Below the pieces are notes generated by a model. The model ran no database searches. It was not told where the DNA came from and was given only the letters and a program-made list of their open reading frames with translations. A DNA stretch of 64,000 nucleotides from an uncultured Candidatus Saccharibacteria bacterium (lineage in GTDB: Bacteria > Patescibacteriota > Dojkabacteria > SC72): assembly GCA_964655705.1 (NCBI GenBank), contig CAZZPP010000001.1:90534-154533 (forward strand), read 5' to 3'. Shown in pieces: positions 49,437-58,431 of this stretch; the stretch's first letter is position 1, and each line of letters opens with the position of its first letter. A program made the position numbers and the translations under genes.

Positions 49437-50525
49437 ATGAAAGCACTCATACTAGCAGGAGGAAGAGGAACTAGACTAAGACCACTTACTCATACAAAAA
49501 ATAAACACGCTCTACCAATAGGGAATAGACCAATGATAGAGAGAATAATTAGAGATGCAATAGATTTAGATATTAAAGATATCATAATAAATATCAATAA
49601 AGGAGATAAAGAAATACCAGAACTACTTGGAGATGGAAGCAAATTTGGAAAAAATATTAAAATACACTACATAGAACAACCAGAACCCAATGGAATGATG
49701 TATCCCATTAAATTAGCACAAAAACTCATAGGAGATGATGACTTTCTTTTCTCTGCAGGAGACAATATCCTAACAGGAGGACTTAAACAACATTACAAAG
49801 ATTTTAAAAAGAAAAAATCAGATGCACATGTATTAGTAGTCAAAAGACCAGACTATCAAAACTTTGGAGTAGCTGTAATGAAAGGAGACAAGATAGTAAA
49901 GACTGTAGAAAAACCACAAGAATATGTAAGTGATTTAGTACTCTCTGCTATTTACTTCTTTACTCCAGCAGTATTTAAAGCATTTAAATATGCTAAACCA
50001 ATAGATCCAAAGGGTACTGGAAAACCAGAGTACTACCCACCAGTAATAAATAACTGGTTGATAGAAAATGGATATACCTTTACAGCATCAGAGGTAACAG
50101 GATGGTGGAAAGATACAGGAGCTCCTGAAGACATATTACTAGCTAACAGACTAATACTAGAAAAAGAAGTACTTACTATTGAAGATGGAGATATTACAGA
50201 TAGTCAAATAGAGGGAAATGTAGAAATTAAAAAGGGTGCTAAAGTAACAAACAGTGTACTAAGAGGACCCATATCCATAGCAGAAGATGTAGTAGTAGAG
50301 AATGCATATATTGGTCCTTTTACATCTATAGGGGCAGGAAGTATTGTAAAAAATGTAGAGATAGAAAACAGTATACTAATGGGTAATTGTAATGTACATG
50401 ATATAGATAGAAGATTAGATAGTTGTTTAATTGGGTGGGATGCAGAAGTAACAAGTAAGAATGGTCATCCTAAAGCAGATAGCATGTATATTGGAGATAA
50501 CTCCATAGTTCAACTTAGTAAATAG
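49437..50525 (+). CDS. rmlA: Glucose-1-phosphate thymidylyltransferase (long form)
   Basis: GGRGTRLRPLT, GWWKDTG, C-terminal hexapeptide region. Confidence 0.9.
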   Translation: MKALILAGGRGTRLRPLTHTKNKHALPIGNRPMIERIIRDAIDLDIKDIIININKGDKEIPELLGDGSKFGKNIKIHYIEQPEPNGMMYPIKLAQKLIGDDDFLFSAGDNILTGGLKQHYKDFKKKKSDAHVLVVKRPDYQNFGVAVMKGDKIVKTVEKPQEYVSDLVLSAIYFFTPAVFKAFKYAKPIDPKGTGKPEYYPPVINNWLIENGYTFTASEVTGWWKDTGAPEDILLANRLILEKEVLTIEDGDITDSQIEGNVEIKKGAKVTNSVLRGPISIAEDVVVENAYIGPFTSIGAGSIVKNVEIENSILMGNCNVHDIDRRLDSCLIGWDAEVTSKNGHPKADSMYIGDNSIVQLSK

Positions 50526-50536
50526 TAAATACAAAG

Positions 50537-50614
50537 AAAAAAAGTGGGAGGCGTCGCTCAGCACCTCGTAAGTGCAGGGTCGTATTCTCCCTCATGATTA
50601 CTCCAATTATATCA
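50537..50614 (-). ncRNA. Candidate small structured RNA (strand uncertain)
   Basis: GC-rich island in AT-rich spacer; minus-strand TGATATAAT, GGGAG/CUCCC and GCAC/GUGC stems, U7 tract. Confidence 0.35.
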
Positions 50615-50663
50615 CGGTTACTTTTTTGATATAATGCTCATAGTAATTTTTTAACTCTCTTGC

Positions 50664-51221
50664 ATGGAATTCGAAAAAAACATCAATGGTATAGAAGGAT
50701 TAGTAGTGATTACCCCTAAAGTATTTGGCGATGAGAGAGGTTTTTTTAAAGAAACATTCAATGAAAGAGAATTTAAAGAAAATGGAATAGATATCCACTG
50801 GATACAAGCTAATCATTCAAGATCTAGTAAAGGAGTATTAAGAGGATTACATTGGCAAAAGCAACCTCATGCACAAGATAAATTAGTAAGAGTAACAACA
50901 GGAAGAGTATTAGATGTAGCAGTAGATATTAGAAAGGATTCTCCCACATTTGGTAAGTATGCAATGGTTGAATTAACAGAAGATAATCATAAGATGTTTT
51001 TACTACCTGCAGGATTTGCTCATGGTTTTGTAGCATTAAGTGATGTTGTAGATTTTGAATATAAGGTGGGGACAAGTACATACAACAAAGAAAGTGATAG
51101 GGGGATAATATACAATGATCCAGATATAGGTATACAGTGGGGAGTAGATAATCCTTTAGTATCTGAAAAAGATGGGAGTGCTCCATTACTTAAAGATATA
51201 GATCCTTCTGACCTTTTTTAA
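50664..51221 (+). CDS. rmlC: dTDP-4-dehydrorhamnose 3,5-epimerase
   Basis: FGDERGFF, GVLRGLH, DVAVDIR, GFAHGF. Confidence 0.96.
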   Translation: MEFEKNINGIEGLVVITPKVFGDERGFFKETFNEREFKENGIDIHWIQANHSRSSKGVLRGLHWQKQPHAQDKLVRVTTGRVLDVAVDIRKDSPTFGKYAMVELTEDNHKMFLLPAGFAHGFVALSDVVDFEYKVGTSTYNKESDRGIIYNDPDIGIQWGVDNPLVSEKDGSAPLLKDIDPSDLF

Positions 51222-51238
51222 TTTAAATATTTTTAATA

Positions 51239-52087
51239 ATGAGTAAGAAAGTATTAGTATTTGGTTCAAATGGAATGTTAGGAAATTACCTTTCTAAATT
51301 ACTAGAAAGTGAAGGGTATGAAGTTCTAAGAAATGATATATCCAAAGGAGGAATAGATATAACAGAGCAACAACAGGTAAGAGACTTGATATTTGAATCA
51401 GGCGTAGAGCATGTAGTAAATTGCGCTGCATATACTAATGTAAATAAGGCAGAGGGAGAGGATAGGGAGATAGCATTTAAAGTTAACGCTAATGCTCCAA
51501 AATATATGGCTCAGGCATGTAATGAGATGGGGATACAATTTGTACATGTATCTACAGATTACATATTTGGAGAAAACCGAAAAGAAGGATATCCAGAGGA
51601 ATACAAAAATTTTAAACCTCTTAGTGTATATGGAGAATCTAAACTACAAGGAGAGTTTAATGTATTAGAAGAGAAACCAAACTCATACATATTTAGAACC
51701 TCATGGCTATTTGGACCAAATGCAACTAACTTTATAGATAAAATATCTAAGTATGCGAAAGAGTTACCAGAACTAAAAGTTGTAACAGATGAGGTTGGAT
51801 GCCCAACATATGTTAAAGATTTAAGTAAAGGTATACTTCTTGCAGTTGAAGAAAAGATTGAACCAGGGATATACCATTTATGTAGTAAGGATCATCTTTC
51901 TAGATATGAATTTGCACAAGAGATTCTAAGTATGCAAGAAATAGATACTCCAATTAAGGAGTGTAAACTAGATGATTTCGAAAGAGCAGCACAAGTTCCA
52001 CATTACTCTGTACTACTCAATACTAAACTTCCGGAAGCAAGAAGTTACAAAGATATGTTAAGTGATTATTTTTCAGAAAAAGAGTAA
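51239..52087 (+). CDS. rmlD: dTDP-4-dehydrorhamnose reductase
   Basis: GSNGMLG, NCAAYT, STDYIF, YGESK, RTSW. Confidence 0.94.
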   Translation: MSKKVLVFGSNGMLGNYLSKLLESEGYEVLRNDISKGGIDITEQQQVRDLIFESGVEHVVNCAAYTNVNKAEGEDREIAFKVNANAPKYMAQACNEMGIQFVHVSTDYIFGENRKEGYPEEYKNFKPLSVYGESKLQGEFNVLEEKPNSYIFRTSWLFGPNATNFIDKISKYAKELPELKVVTDEVGCPTYVKDLSKGILLAVEEKIEPGIYHLCSKDHLSRYEFAQEILSMQEIDTPIKECKLDDFERAAQVPHYSVLLNTKLPEARSYKDMLSDYFSEKE

Positions 52088-52107
52088 ATAATTTAAATAT
52101 TCTTAAT

Positions 52108-53073
52108 ATGAAATTAATAGTATTTTCAATCTGTTTAAATGAAGAAAAAACAATAGGGGAGTTACTAGATAGAATACCTAAGAAAATAGAAGGTATTGAT
52201 GAAATAGTTAAAATGGTAATAGATGATGGAAGTACAGATAATACTGTTAAAATTGCTAAAGAACATGGAGCATTAGTATATTCTAATCATAGACAAAAGA
52301 AATTAGCATACTCATTTCAAGTAGCAATAGATAAAGCATTAAAATTGGGAGCAGATATATCAGTAAATATAGATGGAGACCTACAATTCTTACCAGAAGA
52401 AATACCCCTACTAGTTAAACCAATAGTAGATGGAACTGCACAATTTGTAGCAGGTAGTAGATTTAGTAAAGGTAAAAGACCAGAGAATATGTCTAAGGGT
52501 AAATACTTAGGTAATCAGTTAGGAGCTTATGTGGTCAGTAAGTTAACAGATCAGAAGTTTGAGGATGTTACATGTGGTTTTAGAGCATACTCTAAAGAAG
52601 CTATGTTACAGTTAAATATTAATAGTAAATATACATATACCCAAGAATCATTCCAATTAATGGCTTCTAAAAATCTTAATATTGTACAGGTACCAATAAG
52701 TATTAAATACTTTGAAGGAAGAAAATCAAGAGTAGTAAAAAGTGTATTTAGTTTTATTACTGTATCTGCCTTTAATATATTAAGAGCATTTAGAGATTTT
52801 GCTCCTATGAAATTCTTTGGGCTATTAAGTCTAATCCCCTTTATATTTGGAATATTAGCAATGCTGTTTGTAATAATATATAGATTAAAAACAGGAACAT
52901 TTACACCCTTTAAATTCTTAGGACTAGCTGGGATATATTCTTTTACTTTAGGTATAGTAATAGCTCTTTTTGGTCTACTTTCTGATATGTTAGGTAGAAT
53001 GGTAAATAATCAAGAGAAGATTCTGTATTACAGTAAGAAGAATTACTACTCTAAACTTAAAAAGAAAAAATAG
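52108..53073 (+). CDS. DPM/GtrB-like GT2 with two C-terminal TMs
   Basis: IDDGSTD, NIDGDLQ, DVTCGFRAYS. Confidence 0.88.
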   Translation: MKLIVFSICLNEEKTIGELLDRIPKKIEGIDEIVKMVIDDGSTDNTVKIAKEHGALVYSNHRQKKLAYSFQVAIDKALKLGADISVNIDGDLQFLPEEIPLLVKPIVDGTAQFVAGSRFSKGKRPENMSKGKYLGNQLGAYVVSKLTDQKFEDVTCGFRAYSKEAMLQLNINSKYTYTQESFQLMASKNLNIVQVPISIKYFEGRKSRVVKSVFSFITVSAFNILRAFRDFAPMKFFGLLSLIPFIFGILAMLFVIIYRLKTGTFTPFKFLGLAGIYSFTLGIVIALFGLLSDMLGRMVNNQEKILYYSKKNYYSKLKKKK

Positions 53074-53148
53074 TGTTTATTGAAGAGTAGATTCCTTTAA
53101 AGTAGAATAATTAAATTACTAATACTTTAATTTATTTTTATCTAAATA

Positions 53149-54162
53149 ATGAGACGAGTCGGAATAATAGGGTGTGGTCATATATTAATTAGACATATTG
53201 AGGCTATAAAGGAAAATCCTCAAGAATTCGAATTGGTTGCCCTTTGTGATATCAATGAAGAAGTCCTTAATAATGCAGTAAAAGAGAATGGTAATGTTAA
53301 AGGATTTACTGATTACAAAGAAATGTTAGAAGAGATGAAAGGAGATATGGACTTTGTAGTTATCGCTACTCCTAACCATTTGCACTATCCTATGGCAATG
53401 GATGCTTTGCATTCTGAATATGATATTCTAATTGAAAAACCAATAGCTTTTGAAGCAGAGAAGGTACAAGAAATTCAAGATGAAGCTGATAAATTAGGAA
53501 GAGAAGCATACTGTGTTTTGCAGGTAAGATATAATCCTACTGTAAAGATGATGAAAAAGGTTCTTGAAGAAGAGTTATTAGGTGATATCCGAGCTATAAC
53601 ATTTATTCAAAGATGGCAAAGACCAGTAGGATATTTTAAGGATTGGAGAGGTTCTATTGATGAGGGGGGAAGATCTCTTTATGAATATGCAATCCACTAT
53701 CTTGATATCATACAGCTTCTTTTTGGAGTCCCTGATGTTAAGTCAACAGATACATTCAATCATAAGCATATGGATATTCCATTTGAGGATACTTCATACT
53801 CTATAGTTCAATACAAAAATGGAGCCTCAGGTAGTATTGAGGTCAATGTTGCAGTTGAACCATCAAACTTAGAATGTTCAATTGCGATAATGGGTTCTCA
53901 AGGGTATCTAAAAATTAGTGGAAATGCACTAGATAAAGTAGAAAGAGCTTCTTTTGAAACAGAGGAATTACAAAAGAAATGGGAGGAGATAGAATCTTCA
54001 AGCGGAGAATCCATTACCCCAAATTCCTATGGTACTCATGTTGGTTCATGTCCAAACCACCCAGTTTTATATTCTGAAATTGCTAAAGGAAATGGTTTAA
54101 AGGTTTCTGAATCAGTCAATTCAATAAAGTTCATTCAAGATGTATATAAGGAGGAGAAGTAA
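53149..54162 (+). CDS. Gfo/Idh/MocA oxidoreductase (WbpB/WlbA-like sugar 3-dehydrogenase)
   Basis: GIIGCG, IATPNHLH, IEKP, LQVRYNP, IHYLD; context. Confidence 0.85.
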   Translation: MRRVGIIGCGHILIRHIEAIKENPQEFELVALCDINEEVLNNAVKENGNVKGFTDYKEMLEEMKGDMDFVVIATPNHLHYPMAMDALHSEYDILIEKPIAFEAEKVQEIQDEADKLGREAYCVLQVRYNPTVKMMKKVLEEELLGDIRAITFIQRWQRPVGYFKDWRGSIDEGGRSLYEYAIHYLDIIQLLFGVPDVKSTDTFNHKHMDIPFEDTSYSIVQYKNGASGSIEVNVAVEPSNLECSIAIMGSQGYLKISGNALDKVERASFETEELQKKWEEIESSSGESITPNSYGTHVGSCPNHPVLYSEIAKGNGLKVSESVNSIKFIQDVYKEEK

Positions 54163-54163
54163 T

Positions 54164-54820
54164 ATGGAATTAAAAGAGGGTTTTAATATTAAAGATTTTG
54201 TTGTATTTGATACAAATATAAGAATACATCCTGATGCAGAAATAGCTAAAGACTCTGTAATAGGAAATGGCTCATTAATTTTGGATTGTAAGTTAGGGAA
54301 AGTTAAGCTTGGAGTTGGTTGTATTGTAGGAAATTACTCTATGATAGAAGACAATGTTGAGATAGGAGATGGTTCTAAAGTATGGCACTATAGTCATATT
54401 CGTAATAGTGTCACTATTGGAAAGAACTGTATTCTCGGAGATTATGTATTCATTGATTCTGGTGTTGTAATTGGCGATGAAACAAAAATACAAAATTATG
54501 TACCTGTTTATCACGGTGTGGAGATGGAAGAAGGTGTTTTTCTTGGACCTAACTCATTAACAACAAACGATATGATTCCTAGAGCAAGAACAGAAGAAGG
54601 AGAGATTAAAGGTACTCAGGATTGGCAGGTCTCTTCTATACATATTGGAAAAGATGCATCAATAGGAGCAGGAGCTGTCTTAAGACCAGGAATAAAAATT
54701 GGAGAGAAAGCATTAATTGGGGCAGGTGCTGTTGTTACAAAGGATGTTCCAGCGGGAGCAATTGTTGTTGGTACTCCTGCCAAAATATTGAGATATATAG
54801 AAGGATACGATCCTAAATAA
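54164..54820 (+). CDS. Hexapeptide N-acetyltransferase (WbpD/WlbB-like)
   Basis: KVWHYSHI, KIQNYV, FLGP..TND, ASIGAGA, GAGAVVTKDVP. Confidence 0.87.
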   Translation: MELKEGFNIKDFVVFDTNIRIHPDAEIAKDSVIGNGSLILDCKLGKVKLGVGCIVGNYSMIEDNVEIGDGSKVWHYSHIRNSVTIGKNCILGDYVFIDSGVVIGDETKIQNYVPVYHGVEMEEGVFLGPNSLTTNDMIPRARTEEGEIKGTQDWQVSSIHIGKDASIGAGAVLRPGIKIGEKALIGAGAVVTKDVPAGAIVVGTPAKILRYIEGYDPK

Positions 54821-54837
54821 ATTTTTATGATATTCAG

Positions 54838-55944
54838 ATGATTCCTATATCTAAACCTTTAATAGAAGAGGAAGAGATTAATGCGGTAGTTGAAGTATTA
54901 AAATCAGGAATGATTGCACAAGGTCCAAAAACAGCAGAATTAGAAGCTATGTTTGCAAAACTGTGTGGTACAAAACATGCTGTTGCTTTCTCAAATGGTA
55001 CTACAGCTATTCATACAGCTGTAAGAGCGTTAGGTATAAGTGACGATGATGAGGTTATTACAGTTCCTTTTACCTTTGTAGCCACTGCAAATCCTGTATT
55101 GATGGAGAGAGGAAAAGTAGTATTTGTTGATATATCAGAAGATGATTTCTGTATTGACCCAAACAAGATTGAGGAGAAAGTAACAGATAGAACGAAAGCA
55201 ATTATTCCCGTTGATCTATTTGGTCAAATATACAAATACAAAGAGGTTAAGGAAATTGCAGATAAACATAACTTAAAGATATTAGAGGATGCTTGCCAGG
55301 CAGTTGGAGCTACTCAAGATGGAAAAACGGCAGGTAGTTTTGGTGATGTAGGAGCATTTTCCTTGTATGCAACCAAGAATATTGCAACAGGTGAGGGTGG
55401 AATGTTAACTACTAATGATGAGGAAATAGCTAGACAAGCAAAAATGTTTAGACATCATGGACAAGATGAGGCTGTAAGGTATGAATACTTAGCACTGGGT
55501 CACAACTATAGACTAACAGATTTAGCCGCTGCTTTAGGTGTAGAGCAGATGAAAAAGATAGATAGGATAATAAATACGAGAGTGAGAAATGCATGTCTAT
55601 ATACTGAAGGACTATCAAGCATAGAAGGTATAATTACACCTAAGATAATGGAAAACAATACACATGTATTCCATCAGTATACGATAAGGGTTACAGAGCA
55701 GTATGGTAAAACTAGAGATGAATTGATGACATTTCTAAAAGAGAATGAAATAGGTTGTGGTGTTTACTATCCAAAGCCACTACATCTTCATGAGCATTTT
55801 AGAAAAATGGGATATAAAGAGGGTGATTTCCCAGTTTCTGAGAAACTTTCTAAAGAGGTTCTCTCTTTGCCTGTTAATCCATTTGTTACTGAAAAGGATG
55901 TTGAATTGATAGTTGGAAAGATAAAAGAATTTTTTAAGAAATAA
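54838..55944 (+). CDS. DegT/DnrJ aminotransferase (WbpE/WlbC-like)
   Basis: EDACQAVG, SLYATKNI, GEGG, LSLP. Confidence 0.9.
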   Translation: MIPISKPLIEEEEINAVVEVLKSGMIAQGPKTAELEAMFAKLCGTKHAVAFSNGTTAIHTAVRALGISDDDEVITVPFTFVATANPVLMERGKVVFVDISEDDFCIDPNKIEEKVTDRTKAIIPVDLFGQIYKYKEVKEIADKHNLKILEDACQAVGATQDGKTAGSFGDVGAFSLYATKNIATGEGGMLTTNDEEIARQAKMFRHHGQDEAVRYEYLALGHNYRLTDLAAALGVEQMKKIDRIINTRVRNACLYTEGLSSIEGIITPKIMENNTHVFHQYTIRVTEQYGKTRDELMTFLKENEIGCGVYYPKPLHLHEHFRKMGYKEGDFPVSEKLSKEVLSLPVNPFVTEKDVELIVGKIKEFFKK

Positions 55945-55963
55945 ATTTTTATTAGTTTCTATC

Positions 55964-57289
55964 TTGAATAATCAGAATGAAACAATTGCCATTTGTGGTC
56001 TTGGCTATGTTGGATACCCAGTTGCAATGCTATTTGCTGATGCAGGTTTTAATGTAATTGGGGTAGATATCTTAGAAGAAAGAGTACAGAGATTAAATGA
56101 GGGAGAAAACCCAATAAAAGGTCAGGAGCCGGGATTAGATGAATTAGTAGAGAAAGTTATTAAAAAAGGTAATTTTAGAGCAACTGCGGATGTTAAAGAG
56201 TATTGTAAGGCTGACTTCATTATAGTAGCAGTTCAAACTCCTGTGGCAGAAGAAAACAAAAAACCAACATATGAGAATTTAAAGGCAGCTTTAAGAAGTA
56301 TAGGACAGAATATGAAAAAGGGTGTTACTGTAGTTATTGAATCAACAATAGCTCCTGGTACTATGGAACATATTGTAAAACCAATTTTAGAAGAAGAATC
56401 AAAAATGATTGCGGGAAAAGATTTCCATCTTGCTAATTGTCCCGAAAGATTAATGCCGGGCCATCTATTAGAAAATATCAGGTATTACAATCGAGTAGTT
56501 GGTGGGTGGACCCCAGAGTCAGCAACAAAAGTAAAAGAGTTATACAAACATGTAATACAAGGAGAGTTAGAGGAAACAGATTGTATTACAGCAGAGATAG
56601 TAAAGGCAGGTGAAAATACTTATAGGGATGTTCAGATTGCATTTGCAAATGAGATGGCACTGTTATGTGAAGCATATAAAGCAAATGTATGGGAAGTAAG
56701 GAAATTAATAAATAACTGTAGGAAGGTAACAGAAACAAGGCCGGAAGCTTTAAGACAGATGCATTTCCCGGGTGCTGGTGTGGGTGGTCACTGTATTCCT
56801 AAAGATTCCTGGCTGCTTATACATGAAGTAAGGGATATTGTTAATCCTAAACTTATTCCTACTGCTAGATATATAAATGATTTTATGCCTATCCATATGT
56901 TTGAACTACTTGAGAGTGCAGTTAAGGAGGTTGGAAAAGAAATAAAAGACCTAGATGTATTGGTTTTGGGTTGGGCATATGATGCTAATTCGGATGATGA
57001 TAGGAATACTCCTACCAAGCCTTTTATAGAGAAATTAGAGGAAGCAGGAGTAAAATATGAAATACATGATTCATTTATTGATGAGTACAAGGGTAATATT
57101 AAGGAGATATTAAAGGGTAAAGATGCAATAGTGTTAATGACGGGTCATGATGAATACAAAGGATTAAAGTATGAAGAGATTCTAGGAGTAATGAATGAGA
57201 AACCTATTATCATTGATGGTAGGAATATTTTTGATAAAGAGAAAGTAAGAAAGGCGGGCTTTGTATATAAGGGGGTTGGGAATATATAA
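55964..57289 (+). CDS. UDP-N-acetylhexosamine 6-dehydrogenase (WbpA/WecC-like)
   Basis: GLGYVG, IESTIAPG, CPERL, ENTYRDV, PGAGVGGHCIP. Confidence 0.92.
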   Translation: MNNQNETIAICGLGYVGYPVAMLFADAGFNVIGVDILEERVQRLNEGENPIKGQEPGLDELVEKVIKKGNFRATADVKEYCKADFIIVAVQTPVAEENKKPTYENLKAALRSIGQNMKKGVTVVIESTIAPGTMEHIVKPILEEESKMIAGKDFHLANCPERLMPGHLLENIRYYNRVVGGWTPESATKVKELYKHVIQGELEETDCITAEIVKAGENTYRDVQIAFANEMALLCEAYKANVWEVRKLINNCRKVTETRPEALRQMHFPGAGVGGHCIPKDSWLLIHEVRDIVNPKLIPTARYINDFMPIHMFELLESAVKEVGKEIKDLDVLVLGWAYDANSDDDRNTPTKPFIEKLEEAGVKYEIHDSFIDEYKGNIKEILKGKDAIVLMTGHDEYKGLKYEEILGVMNEKPIIIDGRNIFDKEKVRKAGFVYKGVGNI

Positions 57290-57316
57290 TTCATTTATTA
57301 TTGATATAATTAGTCT

Positions 57317-58411
57317 ATGTTAAATAAGAAAACAATTGCAATTGTAGTTCCTGCATATAATGAAGAGAAACAAATAGGGAAGGTAATTGAAACTATGCCT
57401 GATTTTGTTGATAGGATAGTTATTGTTAATGATAAGAGTAAGGATAATACTCAAGAGGTTGTAATAGAGTATATTAAAAATGATAAGTCCGAGGTAAGAG
57501 ATTTAAATCATAGAAAGAAAATTATCCCTAATGGTTATAATCATGCAGAGATAATTGCTGAAAAAATTGTTGGTGAAGAAAAAGTTAGATTTTTACCATC
57601 TGAAGTAAAAAATAAGGACCCTAAAAATTCTAGAATAATATTGATTAATCATTTAAAAAATGGCTCTGTAGGAGCCGCTATAGCTACTGGATATAGATGG
57701 TGTATGGAAAACAATATTGATTGTACTGCAGTGATGGGGGGAGATGGGCAGATGGACCCTAATGAGTTAGAGGATATCTGCATGCCTGTTGTTAATGAAG
57801 AGGTTGATTATGTTAAGGGTAATAGATTAAAACATAGATCTGCGACTTTTGTTATTCCTAAGATAAGGTATTTTGGTAACTCAATTCTTTCATTAATGAC
57901 TAAGATTGCTAGTGGTTATTGGCAAATATCTGATACTCAAACTGGTTATACTGCGATATCTCTTGAGGGATTAAAGGGTATACATCTTTATGATATATAT
58001 CCTTCGTATGGTTGTCCTAATGATATTTTGGTTAAGCTTAATATTGCGAATTTTTCTATTAAAGAGGTTCCTATTAAACCTGTTTATGATGTTGGAGAGG
58101 AATCTAAGATGAAGATCTTTAAGGTAATTCCTAGAATAAGTTGGCTACTTTTTAAACTATTTTGGAAAAGGTTGTACAAGAAGTATCTCTTTAGAGATTT
58201 TCATCCTCTATTTCTTCTTTATCATTTGTCCATTTTCTTACTGTTAATTAACATTCCATATACATTAGCGGTATTAAATGATGTGTTTTTGGGAAACAAA
58301 ATATCTACTAATTCATTAATTGCTTTTATGTTTTTAGGTATTACTGGTTTCCAATCTCTTTTCTTTGCTATGTGGATGGATATGATAGATAACCAGAGAT
58401 TACAGAAATAA
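57317..58411 (+). CDS. GT2 glycosyltransferase with C-terminal TMs
   Basis: VPAYNEE, GDGQMDP, DYVKGNR, DTQTGY. Confidence 0.88.
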   Translation: MLNKKTIAIVVPAYNEEKQIGKVIETMPDFVDRIVIVNDKSKDNTQEVVIEYIKNDKSEVRDLNHRKKIIPNGYNHAEIIAEKIVGEEKVRFLPSEVKNKDPKNSRIILINHLKNGSVGAAIATGYRWCMENNIDCTAVMGGDGQMDPNELEDICMPVVNEEVDYVKGNRLKHRSATFVIPKIRYFGNSILSLMTKIASGYWQISDTQTGYTAISLEGLKGIHLYDIYPSYGCPNDILVKLNIANFSIKEVPIKPVYDVGEESKMKIFKVIPRISWLLFKLFWKRLYKKYLFRDFHPLFLLYHLSIFLLLINIPYTLAVLNDVFLGNKISTNSLIAFMFLGITGFQSLFFAMWMDMIDNQRLQK

Positions 58412-58431
58412 CTTAAAACTTTTATTCTTAT

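Noticed and set aside
50540-50600. Fluoride, ZTP or guanidine-II riboswitch
   Set aside because: Only partial resemblance (CUGA..GACGCCU, GAGCGAC, ACGA); the core consensus elements and a suitable downstream gene are missing.
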